Part shown: positions 1 through 13,100 of the stretch, piece after piece | Position numbering within the stretch: position 1 is the stretch's first letter | Layout of the letters: the number at the start of each line of letters is the position of its first letter | Assembly (NCBI GenBank): GCA_000934665.2 | Contig: JYFJ02003880.1 | Coordinates: 1-36,730, forward strand | Direction: 5' to 3' | DNA: 36,730 nucleotides | Source of the DNA: Catajapyx aquilonaris | Lineage: Eukaryota | The notes under the pieces: generated by a model | Databases searched by the model: none | Told to the model about the DNA's origin: nothing | Seen by the model: the letters and a program-made list of their open reading frames with translations, nothing else | Translations under genes and position numbers: made by a program

Positions 1-466
1 AGAATCATCTTTATCCTACTAATGTGAAGGTGACCTCTGCCCTCAGTGTCGAACTTTCTGAAGGCCTTTATCACGTCCAGCACCCCCACGGTTTCGATGC
101 TGATGGCCATCTTTGTGGCGGACAGGAAGGTAGGCCAGTCCATCAAATCCCTTGCTGTTGCATTAAAAATAGTTAAATTGGAGTAAAATGGTTTATTATC
201 ATGATACCAACCAGTGAGGTTGTGTTCCTCCAGAATGCGTTTGATGTCCTCCATGGTGCAGGCAGTGTTCTTGAACATTGAAAGAGCCGGTCCCAGTGCA
301 TCGGCCGTTACGTACTCATCTTTGTCCCAGTCCAAAAAGCTGAAGATGTCTCGCAATAATCTCTCGTCCTCGGGAGGGAATATATTTTTCTGCAAATACG
401 TCAGGTTAACTTTTGCCTCACCCTGTCATTCCTTCATGGTCATATTACCACAGATGGAATGTCCAT
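1..466 (-). CDS. Calmodulin-like / myosin-light-chain-like EF-hand protein, paralog 1 (3' end runs off the window)
   Basis: Exons 466-449, 389-212 and 154-<1 with GT-AG introns splice in frame to MDIPSV-KNIFPPEDERLLRDIFSFLDWDKDEYVTADALGPALSMF...-ARDLMDWPTFLSATK...DVIKAFRKFDTEGRGHLHISRIKMI. This is a calmodulin-like helix-loop-helix pattern with the same exon layout as 16983-17699. Confidence 0.85.
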
Positions 467-526
467 GATGAACACAGTGGGCCTCGGCTTATTTGTTCAC
501 GGCGGAACAGTCCCACGTAAACAATG

Positions 527-539
527 GTTGCATGGCGAC
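527..539. promoter_or_regulatory. RFX X-box-like site
   Basis: GTTGCATGGCGAC about 60 bp upstream of the ATG of calmodulin-like gene 1; resembles the X-box palindrome GTTGCCATGGCAAC. Confidence 0.4.
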
Positions 540-3491
540 AGTGTTGTAGTGTTAACAATTCACCAAAGTCATACTTATCCATACACAACTTTTGACACCC
601 CGTGCGATTTAATCGGACAACTTTCGTTTTTTTTTTTCGCTCTACCCTAGTGTAGGCATACATTGAGTTCAAGGACAACAAAGAGCTGAAAAGAGTGCGA
701 TAGAATGGCTAAGTATCTCAGGCGGCAACCTTCTATTAAGAAGGCACACGTACAAAAGATGGTGCCTCGTCGATATGACAAGTGTTTCAATAGAGATGGT
801 AACAATGACATGGAAAAGTAGAATAATGATGTATAGCGCACTTTGTGAGTATTGAATTTTTTTTTCGTCACTCATGTTTTCTATTCTCAGCTGGTCGTAA
901 CTTTATAAAAAATAGCCCTCGCATTACTCAATTTTATCTACCGGTACTTGAAGGTATAAAACAACATTTTAAGAACAGTGTAATTATTTGACACGGCCTT
1001 GTGAGTGTGAGTAAGTGTTTATTACATTTTTACACTGCTGATTTTGTCACTCTCCTGGCACTTTCAGTCACTTTGAATGAAATGTAAATGCATGGTTTAA
1101 ACTTACTTAGACTGTGAAAGTGAGTTCCCTTAATTTTTCCTTTGTTTGTGACCTCGCAATAGTAAGTGTGATTTTTAAATATATTTTTAAAACGAGTTTT
1201 GAAATTCATTTATTTTTGGTTGAAAAATGATACGTTTTTTGGAGAATCACCCACGCACATTCCACTGATTAGAAATGCTGACAACCGTGGCAACATTTTC
1301 AGTCAGGACATGATTTCTAGCACCTTTGATGGGTAATGGGTGCAGATATTTCCGTATATTTGGAAAAGCTGTGGACACCTCTTGGAGGAGATAGCGAGCT
1401 ATACGTAACCTCCATTAGTTACGTATCATCATATTTATAATAAACAGATAAAAATATAACCTAGAGCCACTGCATTGACCCCTTTTGACTGTCACCTTTT
1501 GACCTTATTTTCCCCATTATTTTTGTGCAGTTCGACTTGGGCCAAAATAGTCTGCGTTCGGTGAAGCTGTGGTGAAGTTCACTCGGCAGTTTTGCCTGAT
1601 CTTGTCCTTTGGTGCACTTCGTTTCTTGTACTATAAGGAGTGGTGTACGTGTATGAATGTCCGAATCACATGTCGTAAATACACAGCAACCTGCTGCAGT
1701 GCGGACACCGATGATCATCTGGCATATTATATAGGTAAAGTGGATTTTTGAGCAGTTTTGGCCCATTTTTTCTATCATCATTTGTAGTGTACAGTACGTA
1801 GACAATAATATTGAAGGTGACATTTTAAAAATATGGATTGATTTTGTGCATACGAAATAACTACGTCAATAATATTTTTTGGTGTGTTTTTACCCCTCTT
1901 GCTTTGTTGTTGTATCCCATTCGTAATTTTCTGCAGTATCATGTGACATCCATATTAGTCACCATCATGAAGTGCAATTTAATGACGATTGCACATCCAT
2001 TTAACCGGGTCATATGACTTCTGTAGAATTACTTGAATGGTACTGTACGAGTTACATCATGCATGATTCCTGCATATAAGAACATGGGTGTTTTTTCGAG
2101 TGGACTGGACGAGGGCAGGGGTCGGCAGGGGTGGATATTAAGCAGAATTATCCTCACATCTAGGTTAGTAAAACTTGTGACGACATGATAGGAAAAATAG
2201 CTCAACATTTTCAGACCACTTTAACACAGTGATTATCATAAAATATGTATTCTAAGTGGCTCTGTGTTGTGGCTCAGTGAACAGTTGACGTTCAAATTCG
2301 AAGGAAGAAACTTTGTTATCGTGTTAGTGTCAGCAGTTCTAACGCAAAAATTGTGGGACGAGACAACCCCTCATTGTGCATCAGCACATTAAATATTCTG
2401 AAGGAAGAATATTCGTCATATTTTACTTACATTGTGCCTCGCTGCTGGTAATTAGTCGCCTACGACGGTATTAGGCAACCCACGTGTTTCTCTGTACACA
2501 TATAATTTTTTGAATATGATTGAGTTGTAATTAATTTTTAGAGTCTCTCTTTAATTTTACTGCAATTTTTACCTCTGTGCCATCCTTCATTGGTACAATC
2601 TTTTAAAAATGTCATATATGCCATAACTTTGCTTTTTCATTACACAAATGTTATAACCATACTTTGCTCCCTTTCACAATATGGAGAATAAAATTACCAT
2701 TGTCATTGTTTTACACATCTGCAAGTATGTATTAAACAAATTTATCATTAAATTTGTTTCAAATAATTACCTGTTCACTATATGTTATGTATGTAAATTA
2801 TGTATGGTGCATCGGATACAATTCCGTATTCAATTTGGTGTAAATTCAGTGCCATTCGTGAATAAATGTAATGACCGTATTAAAATAAATTTTCATTCAA
2901 TTTGAATAACCTACCACTACATAAGTTATGACTCTCAAAATGTCATAAATGGCGCAGTGTAATGATATGTTTCAATAATGAAAATTCCATGTACGAGTAA
3001 CTTATTCATCTCCTTTGAATAACACTAATTAACAAGTTGTTTGGCACATGGACAATTTTAGTTGTTTCTAATGGATTCCCACACCCTGATTACGAATATG
3101 AAATCAGAAAGTGTCCATCACCCTCCATTTTCTTGTGACAGCGGAAACTACACTGCATATTTTATTATGTCAAAAAATATTATCATAAAAAGGCAATTGC
3201 ATTATTCACCAAGTCCCTTACAATTTACTAGATGTCATATTTATTCCCGTTTGTTTGGGCCGTTTGGGTTGGGCGCGGTGTGTCGATGATTTGATTGACA
3301 TTCATAAAGTCTAGCCTAGACCTTGACCAATAGGTGTGGTTACCTGACACGTCATAAATCACCATGATGTATTCAGTCAATGTGAAGGTTCAATAAAACC
3401 ACACTTGGTGCAATGACAGTGGAGATGGACACAGTGTGGGGACGTTATTCTGAAAGTTGGGCAATGGATTTGCCAAACTAAGCTTATTAAA

Positions 3492-5151
3492 ATGACTACT
3501 TCAGTGATTTCCGTAGAAGAAGTGAGACAACCGAAAGGTCAGAGTTCGTTTTGGGAAGTGTTGAGACCAGTGGCCATCTTGTCAGTGGTCGGAGGAATCG
3601 CTCCTTTTCCGTGGCCCAAGAAAGAGGAAGACTTGATGAGAGGAAAGAGGTACAGACGATGGCCGACAATGGTTAATTTTGCGCTACTTGTCACGTACAT
3701 CACCGTATTTTCGTGTAAATCACCAGTGGAATGGACTGCTGAGGGACAATGGGAAAGCCCAACGCAAAGAATCGCGTTTGCATTAGCGGAATCGGTTTTG
3801 ATAGTTGGTTCATGGATTAACTACATTTTGATCCAGAAACGAGTACCTGCCATTTGGAAGTTGATTCATCGCTTTTCACATCAGAACGTGAATAGTCATC
3901 AGAAGACACTGGAAAAGTACGCAATCCTGATGGTGATCGGTTGCTTTTTTCTTCCCCTATTAATTGAGGTGGACATTATTCACAGCATCGTTCAGAAGTC
4001 GAGATCATTTGATTTTACGGAGATAATTTACACGATATTCGTTTTGCATTGTGTTTTCTTGCTGGCAGTGATCCCAATTCAGCTAATATTTTTGGTGCAC
4101 GTTCACCTGTCGCGCCTTCAGGATTTCAACAATGAAGTGATGAAAATGTGCCATTTGCTCTACAAGTCTACTGAAGAGGAACAAAATGATGTGGACATGA
4201 TCCGGAACATGAGAGATGCCTTCGATCTATATCACGAACTGGGTCTCCTGGTGGACATGATGGACGACACTTACGGGATATTTATCATGACGACCTTTCT
4301 CATTTCTGTCACGTGGAGCACAAGCTACCTCTTTTATTTGCTTACGGTTTTCACAGGACCGCCCATTATGACTGTTTTGGTGCTGGTTGCCGTCATTGCA
4401 TTGGCATCTTGCCTGGTTGCATTCTCCAGTATCCTAGGATCCATTCAAAAGCAGGTAGAGAGTGTTACTGACATTAATAATGTCACACATGAAGGTATTG
4501 TTCTGTCATTACTCATTATTTAATTGGCTGTCTATACGCATCATACCTGATCCATATAGGCAAAACATTACCTTCACAGAAGGGCTAAAATTATTGACAA
4601 ATATAATGCTGTAGTAGCCTACTGTTGAAATGGCTTATGGTCAACTTGATGGCACTTACTCTTTTTTGTAAATGCAAAAATATCATTTTCAGAGCACCAG
4701 GTCGCTTCCCCATCTGATAAAAGCCAATTGTGAAGTTACCAATCCACGCATCAAGTCTTACGTAAGTCTGTTATTTTCTATCCTTCAGAGGTTTTACATC
4801 ATGCAGCAGTTTGACAAAAATAAGGCGTGATATCTTTCCATAATAATCTATAGGTGATCATTTTGTTTCAGATTGAATCACTAATCTGGAAGATGATAGG
4901 TCCTCCCATGGAGATAACTGCAGCGAGTTACTTCACGGTCAATCGTGGCCTCCTGACCTCCGTGAGTGTGAAACTATTTGTAACTATACACGTAATGTGA
5001 CTATGTGAACTTTACTATTGCATACTATTTGAAGGTGGCGGGTGCTGTGACGACGTACCTGATAGTCCTGGCTCAGTTCAAAGCAGCAGAAAAGGTGGAA
5101 GATGTCTCGACAACAATGGCGAACACAACAGACGCACAGATACCTCCGTGA
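3492..5151 (+). CDS. Gustatory receptor GR-1 (long-tail subfamily A)
   Basis: Exons 3492-4454, 4693-4761, 4872-4961, 5035-5151. Three phase-0 C-terminal introns typical of arthropod GRs; hydrophobic multi-TM exon 1; ITAASYFTVNRGLLTS and the TM7 signature TTYLIVLAQF (TYhhhhhQF). Confidence 0.93.
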
Positions 5152-5217
5152 TGGTTGCTTTCAAAAAGCAATTTGTGCACAACGTACGATGTTGAGTTAC
5201 AGGAATGATTTTTTTTC

Positions 5218-5665
5218 ATGTGATCTCCGCTAGAATAACATGGTCATTTAGATGGAACTTAAATGTAGTGTATTCCTTATCTTCTCTCACAGGAATCACA
5301 CTTGACATTCCTCCAAGCATAAAATAATATTCCCGAGTTGAAATATGTCACTGTTTACACTGATTGTTATACAACAGTTCAGGTTTAAAATCACTGATTC
5401 ACTTACATCATTATTCCAAGGCGACTGCAGTAGTGCTTCTTCAATACCACTGTCCACAGCCAGTCCAACACAATAATAATAATTGATATAAGTAATGAGT
5501 TTCGAAATATATTCCTCCGAGGGCAGGTGCGTGTGAGACACACAGACTATAAAAATGTAAAATGTCACGTCATAGAGACTTGTGGCTCTGTCACGCATCG
5601 TTGTATACGCGACCAAAAAATGACAAGTACAGTTATAATCATACTTTGAAGCAATAAGTAGTGAA
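5218..5665 (+). repeat. About 440-bp direct repeat, copy 1
   Basis: Near-identical to 7312-7748, from ATGTGATCTCCGCTAGAATAAC to GAAGCAATAAGTAGTGAA, with only scattered substitutions and short indels. Confidence 0.95.
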
Positions 5666-5802
5666 TTATCCCATGTGATGGTGGGCACAGTGGACATGAC
5701 ATAATGAAACTTTACAATATAACGATACAGGACTACTGCGCTATACTTACGTACTTTATTGATGCCTTCTGATTAACTTGATATAGGCCAAGTAGTTTCC
5801 TA

Positions 5803-7246
5803 TCATGTTTCCGACTCCTTGAATTGTGCTAGGACTATGAAATATGTGGTCACAGCTCCCAGCACCTACAGGCGGATATGATAATTATAATCGCATAAAA
5901 AGAGACATTATTCTAGATTTATTAAAGCACTGACTTACGCAGGTCAAGAGGCCACGATTGACCGTGAAGATATCTGCAGCTCTTATTTCTACGGCAGGAC
6001 CAGACATTATCTGGATTAGTTCTTCGATCTGCAAAAATACATTACATTAAACAAATTGACCTTGAAAATTATACTCATAAGACACATTCTCTACATTTCC
6101 TTTGGTGACCGGCTCGGTGACTAGACGATTGAGGCGAATGAGATAAGGCAGTGATCTTGTGCTCTGGAAGTAAACAAATCCAGTTTAATGCACTGCATTG
6201 CTTACGTAACTGGAATGCATACATACATTTTTGTTAGTGCTTCTGTTTGTTCATAATCGCACGTCATTTGAGCTTACCTGCCACGAGATGGACCCCATGA
6301 GAGACGTGAAATAAATCACAGAGGGCACTAATGTGACAAGGAGGACAGCAGTGCTCAACATCATAGCACCGCTGCTTGGAAAGAATGATGCGTAAAATAG
6401 AAAACTTGTGCACCATATTACAAACACCAGGTAAATGATCAGGATGGGCACACCAAATATGATGTTAATGTTGTCCACCAAAAAGAAAATGTCATAATAT
6501 GTCTTTGTTGAATTTGCTATTTTTGTAGATACATCCTTGCAGTTTTTATCCTCGCCAGTGGGTTTGTCGAAGATAGTGTATAGCTGGACAATATCATTGT
6601 TGAAGTCCTTTTGTATCAGCTGGATCACTTTGGCTAAAAACATAATTTGAACAGTAATGGAACATAGCAAATATAGAGCGTGACAATTCACGAATATGTG
6701 ATAGAGAGAATCACGTGAAGATAGAGTACCTTCGAAGTGATAGAGTGAGGCATACGCTATTTGCGTCAAAAAGACTATCATAACTGAACCAACAACCACC
6801 AGGACGGAGAACTTTCGCAACGGCCTCTTGTGACATGTCACATCCAGATGAAAGCATCGGTGGATTAGCTGCCATATTTTGGCTAATTTGGTTTGAATCA
6901 AGATGTAGTCGATCAATGGATAAACCACTAGGGCTACACGCACTGTTGCAGCTGCTACAATCGCTGTCGTGGAATATTTTTTGACACGGTCCCACATTTC
7001 AGGCAAAAACCAGGTTGCATTTATGATGTGTGCGGCGAAAAGAAGGAAGTGCACCATTGTTGGCCACCGTTGGTACCACTTCCATTGCTGACTTTGTCTT
7101 GGGTAAGGACAAGGGGCGATTCCTGCCACCACTGACATGGTGGCAAGGGGTCTGAACGCTATCCAAAATGATCCATCTTCCGCTTCTGTTTCGTTCGTTA
7201 TTCTCTCTTCACTTATCGTAATCACAGTAGACACTCTTCTAAACAT
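5803..7246 (-). CDS. Gustatory receptor GR-2 (short-tail subfamily B)
   Basis: Exons 7246-6278, 6163-6095, 6028-5939, 5865-5803, all phase 0; ends IRAADIFTVNRGLLTC-VLGAVTTYFIVLAQFKESET*. Confidence 0.93.
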
Positions 7247-7311
7247 GATTGTCACTCAATCGAACAACTTGTCACCACCTCACACTTGCCATTCTCCTCG
7301 TAAATTCTCAA

Positions 7312-7748
7312 ATGTGATCTCCGCTAGAATAACATGGTCATTTAGATGGAACTTAAATGTAGTGTATTCCTTATCTTCACTCACAGTAATCACACTTGAC
7401 ATGCCTCCAAACATAAATATTCCCCAGTTGAAATATGTCACTGTTTACACTGATTGTTATCCAACAGCTCAGGTTTAAAATCACTGATTCACTTACATCA
7501 CTCCAAGGCGACTGCAGTAGTGCTTCTTCAATACCACTGTCCACAGCCAGTCCAACACAATAATAATAATTGATGTAAGTAATGAGTTTCGAAATATATT
7601 CCTCCGAGGGCAGGTGCGTGTTAGACACACAGACTATAAAAATGTAAAATGTCACGTCATAGGGACTTGTGGCTCTGTCACGCATCGTTGTATACGCGAA
7701 AAATGACAAGTACAGTTATAATCATACCTTGAAGCAATAAGTAGTGAA
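7312..7748 (+). repeat. About 440-bp direct repeat, copy 2 (fills most of the divergent GR-2/GR-3 promoter region)
   Basis: Near-identical to 5218-5665. Confidence 0.95.
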
Positions 7749-7800
7749 ATATTTCTCTGAAAGGGAGCAAATACAGCAAAAACGAGCCGCCACTTTCAAA

Positions 7801-9508
7801 ATGTTTGGGCGAATGTCTACAGTGATTCCGGTGAAGGAGACTAAAAAAACAAAAGACACTGCAAAAAATGGAAGTGCATTTTGGGAAGTGTTGAGACCAG
7901 TGGCCATCTTGTCAGTGGTCGGAGGAATCGCTCCTTTTCCGTGGCCCAAGAAAGAGGAGGATCTTAGAGGGAAGTGGTACAGACGGTGGCCAACAATGAT
8001 TCATTTTGCACTATTCGCAGCATATATCGCCATATTTGTGAGTAATCCTCCAATAGAATGGGTGGGACAATGGGAAAGTCCAACACAAAGAGTCTCGTTT
8101 TCAATAACTGAGTCTGTTTTGAATGTTGGTCCATGGATCAACTTCATTTTGATCCAGAGACGAGTGCCTGCCATCTGGAAGTTGATTCATCGCTTTTCAC
8201 AGCTGAACGTGAAAAGTCATCAGAAGACACTGCGAATTTCTGCAATCCTACTGGTGATCTCTTGTGTGTCCCTCCCCCCATTACTTGAAGCTGACATGAT
8301 TGTTGAGCTCGCTCAGGAGCCAGGATCACTTACAAAAATAATTCACAATCTTTTCATAATGCATTGCATCTACTTGCTGGTCGTGATTCCCATTCAGCTG
8401 ACATTTCTGGTGCTCGTTCACCTGTCGCGCCTCCAGGACTTCAACAATGAAGTAATCAGTATGTGCGATGTACTCTGCACGTCAAGTGAAGAGGTCCAGA
8501 ATGATGTCAACATGATCCGGAACGTGAGACAATCAGCTGATCTGTATCACGAACTGGGTCTCCTGGTGGACATGATGGACGACACATACGGGATATTCAT
8601 CATGACTACCTTTCTCATTTCTGTCACGTGGATCACAAGCTTCCTTTTTTATTTGCTTATGATTTTCACGGGACCGCCCATTTCAACTAGATTGGGACTG
8701 GTTGCCGTCATTTCATGGGCATCTTCCCTGGTTGCATTCTCCAGCATCCTGGGATCCATTCAAAAGCAGGTAGAGATTGTTACTGACAATAATAAAGTCA
8801 CAGCAAAAGGCATTGCCACCTCATTGTTTAATTGGCTGGCACGCAATACAACTTCAGCCATAGCCATTCCGTATGCTCACAAAATGGCTGCAAAATGGCT
8901 AAAATTGACTGACAAAATGCAATGTTGTTGTCCAGTTTAAAGTGCTTATTGTCAACCTGATTACACTCTTATAGTAAACGTTACTAATGTAAATAATTGT
9001 TGTAAAATATTGGTTTTCCAGAGCAACAGATCACTTCCCCACCTGATAAAAGCGAATCGTGAAGTGACCAATCCACGCATCAAATCAGATGTAAGTGTGT
9101 TTATTAATATAATGCCCTGCACATATTTCACACTTTATCCACCTTGCATGCAGCACCATCACAAAAATAATCATGCCTGACATTAATTTTCCATAAAATA
9201 TAGGTTATTATATTTGTTTCAGATTGAATCACTAATCTGGAAGATGATAGGTCCTCCCATGGAGATAACTGCGGCCAATTACTTCACGGTCAATCGCGGC
9301 CTGTTGACCTCCGTGAGTTATTCTGTGAAACTAGTTGTAACTACACATGATGTAACTCTATGTGAACATCACTGTTTGTCATTTGAAGGTGGCCGGTGCT
9401 GTGACGACGTACCTGATAGTCCTGGCTCAGTTCAAAGCAGCAGAAAAGGTGGAGGATGGTGTCACGGCAACAGTGGAGAACACAACAGACACACAGATAC
9501 CCCCGTGA
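7801..9508 (+). CDS. Gustatory receptor GR-3 (subfamily A)
   Basis: Exons 7801-8769, 9022-9090, 9223-9312, 9389-9508; ends VAGAVTTYLIVLAQFKAAEKVEDGVTATVENTTDTQIPP*. Confidence 0.93.
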
Positions 9509-9961
9509 TCGTGACAACACACAGATCGCGTTCGAAAAAATATTTGTGCACCTGCGTTCAATATTATCTGATTAACACGATGCACCGTACTTAGCTAATA
9601 TTCACGCATTTCCAGATCGACAGTAAGTAATTTAATAAGTGGCATGGAAAAAAATAAACAGTCATAATAAAAGTGAGAAACGCCCTGTTCTTGTATTAAT
9701 CCGCATAATGAGTCACGTCATATAGTAAGGTGTGTCCACACTTTATCTCAGCAAGAATAACATGGTCATTTGGACGGAACTTTATTCTCCGCTGCAACAC
9801 TAGTGATGTGAAGGTTTCATGGAGCAGAAAGAAATGAATGTACAAGAACAGTACAAGTGATTCCGTCACTACATCTGATGGATTATACATGTAGTAGGGT
9901 TATTTTAAGAACACTGAAATAAAAGGTTCGCCGGATAATGTTGGCAACACCGATTGTTGCG

Positions 9962-9975
9962 GTTTCTATGGCGAT
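9962..9975. promoter_or_regulatory. RFX X-box-like site upstream of the Duox-like gene
   Basis: GTTTCTATGGCGAT about 200 bp before the first ATG. Confidence 0.35.
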
Positions 9976-10168
9976 AGTGGCAAAGAGAATTTAACTAATA
10001 GAAGATTCACCCAGAATTTTCAGAGAGATGGTTAAACAAAGGTGAATCAGCTAACCATTAGAAGTTTCGAGCAGATATTCCCAGGTGTGTTCGACAACAT
10101 TCCAACTGGTGAGTTGTAAGCCGACTGCAATTGCATATCATTGCAGATAATTGAATTTGTGCCACACG

Positions 10169-13100
10169 ATGTGGAGTCACATGTGTCCTGCACTGACAAC
10201 TACGAACATGGCAATCATTCTGTGTGTCGTTGCTGTGGTGTCTGAAACCAGCCCCGAAAATGAGAAGGAAAAACCACCAGTACTGACATGCAACCTTAAG
10301 GTCGGAAAGAAGCCTTCTCGAAGAGATTGGGTGTATGGACCAATGCCTAGCCAGAAGAAGAAGTTTGTCCAGTGGTTAGTGACCGGATGCTTGGAGGGTT
10401 GCCCGTCAACCTTGCGTGAAGTTAAAAAGTACGCTCCGTATGACGGATGGAGCAATAATGTTATGTACCCTTCGAACGGAAGACTTGGTGAGTAGCTGTC
10501 TTCTGAAGAAACAACATTTTGTCCATTTCATGTGCATTGCAGGAGAGCAGCTTTTCTCCAACGAGATTGCCAACGGTTATGACGACGGTGCAAGAACGCC
10601 TTCCGGACAGAACAGGCCCAACCCATTGACCATAAGCCAGACTCTGTTCAATGGTGACCATATCGTCGATCGGGAATCAGCCCGGAACGTCCTTCAAGTC
10701 TTCTTCGGGCAGTTCGTGGCAGACGAGATAATCAACAACCGTGCCATGCACTGTCCCCTTGAGGGAATGAAGATTGAGGTTCCAGAGGGGCACCATTACA
10801 GGTCCAAGTATAATCAGGAGTCCATCCCGTTCTATCGGGCAGCCCACGATCCGGACACTGGAGACACCTACATGATTCCTCGTCAGCAGGTCAACCAAGT
10901 GACGTCCTGGATAGACGGCAGTGCAATATACGGAAACACCAAGCTTTGGGCCGGTGTCCTCAGGACTCAGAATTACATGAAGATGGACCCGGATGGTCTT
11001 CTGGCAGGAAACCTTCGGGGAGACTATCCGGAGTACAACTACATGCGACTGCCCATCGAGAACAAGCCTCCTCCAGTCAACGCCTCGTTCTTCGAGAAGA
11101 AGAAGACGTACTTCTCCTTGGGAAGGTTGTACCAGTTCGGGGATGTCCAAGCCCATGAACAGCCGGCACTGATGAGCATAGCCATAGTCTGGTTCAGGTG
11201 GCACAACGCCCTGGCCATGTACCTGCGAAAGGCATACCCGGAGGCCAGCGGAGAGCAGATCTTCCAGGAGGCAAGGAAGTGGGTTCTGGCCACCTACCAG
11301 CACATCATCCTCTACGAGTGGCTACCACATTTCTTGGAAGACGAAACTCTTCCTTCTCCTTACACAGGTGAGGCCAAGTTTGTACACATAAAAATGGATT
11401 CTGAACCATTTTTTTCAGGATTCCGGGCTTCGGTGAGTCCAAGCATCAACAAAATATTTGCTGCTGTTTCCATGCGCATTGGGCACACCCTGCTTCCTCA
11501 CGGGTTGAACCTGAGGAATTACGGATGGCAGGGATGCAAGATGCAGCCTTTCAGCATGGGACAGACAACACAGAGCAGCAAACTGATGAGACTCTGCAAT
11601 GCCTACTGGCAAGCAGAGGTAGGTCCAAACAATGTTGCGATTTCTGTAATGCGAAGCGCCACTAAGTTCATGCTGCATTTACAGGGTCTCTTCAAGGAAC
11701 CAATTCTGGACTCCAAGTCTTCATTCCAGTACCTTACTTTGGACGACATGATCATGGGACTCATGGTGCAGCCAGCGGAGCAGCTGGACAACTTCTTGGT
11801 TGAGGATGTCAGAGGTCACCAATTCTTTCAGTATACTTTAAACCCTCTAATAACCTCCTGATTCTTGCAGAGTACCTGTACGGATCCATGGACTACATTA
11901 GAACCGATCTGGGAGCCATAGACATCCAACGAGGAAGGGACTTTGGACTGTCCAGCTACACCCAGATTTACAACGACGCTGCTCATATGTACAATTTCAC
12001 GCCGAAACAGATTACCACGAAAGAGGATTTCTACAGGGAATACGAAAAAGAGATGAAACCAAAGGAATACTCTGACTTGCAAAAGGTGGGTTTTGTATGT
12101 CCATTTTTTGGTGACATTGCTTTCCATATCCTTTCAGAAATGGGATGAACTGTTCTCGTTGTATGGCGACATACACAACATCGACATGTACGTAGGAAGC
12201 CTGATGAGATCTCAGGGAAGGTTGGACCCATTTTTGCGTCACAACATTGCAACCCAGTTTGAACGGCTACGGGATGGCGACTCGTTATGGTTTGAAAACA
12301 GGAAAGAAGCGTGAGTTGTGCTGTGCTTATATAAAAATCGGTACCTAGTTGGATTTGATCAATCTTCTAGGCTTTTCAACGACGAAGAGATATGCAGGAT
12401 CAAGCAGGTGACCTTTGCAGACATTGTCATCGCAACGACAGAACTGGGCGTATTAGACATGCACGAGGATATATTCGTCCTTCCTTGGGCAGACGGTAAG
12501 TTGCAGACTTTCATTAACAACAGCCAATTTTAATGCCCACCATCCTTTCAAGATGACCCGCCGACCTTTCCCCTGCACGACAACTGCAAGAAGACTTTAA
12601 AACAGCGCTTTGATTGCAAGGTCAGAGGTCAGACCAAGATGGCCTGCTGGAGCGTCGGATGGCCGGACAAGCAGGACCTTGAGAAATGCACCGAATTCAT
12701 GGAGTACAAGTTCGGGCAGGACGTGCACGTGGACATCATTCTCACTGTGCTGTGCTACATTCTAATCATGATTTGTGAGTGATCAACATTACCCTCATTT
12801 TCTCCTATTATAAAAATAATTGTCTTTTTCGCAGGTGATTTGTGCATATTGCAATATGTGGTCCTGATCCGTCGTGGAAAGTGGAGCCAGAGGGCACCGC
12901 ATCTGAAAGGCCGACTACAGTTCCACGTGAAGAGAGGTCGTCACATGAAGGTGTACATCGCCATGGAGTACATTGGATGGAAGATGGGTTCCCGTTCGGT
13001 CCTGCTGTACATGAACTACAGGAGGAAAGGTCTGGAGATATGGGCCACCGAGGGAGGGATGCTGCGGTTCGTAAGTCTGGACACCTACCAGAGCATGCGC

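Noticed and set aside
1462..2264. Possible hAT-like element (AGAGCCACT inverted pair)
   Set aside because: Only a 9-bp match and no 8-bp TSD.
4455..4523. Read-through C-termini of GR exon-1 ORFs in the ORF track (also 8770-8940, 18465-18569)
   Set aside because: Intronic; a conserved CAG/GT donor and the downstream exons give the true GR C-terminus.
5296..7709. Similar ORFs 5296-5697 and 7377-7709
   Set aside because: They fall in the duplicated spacer; indels between the copies change the reading; no recognisable domain.
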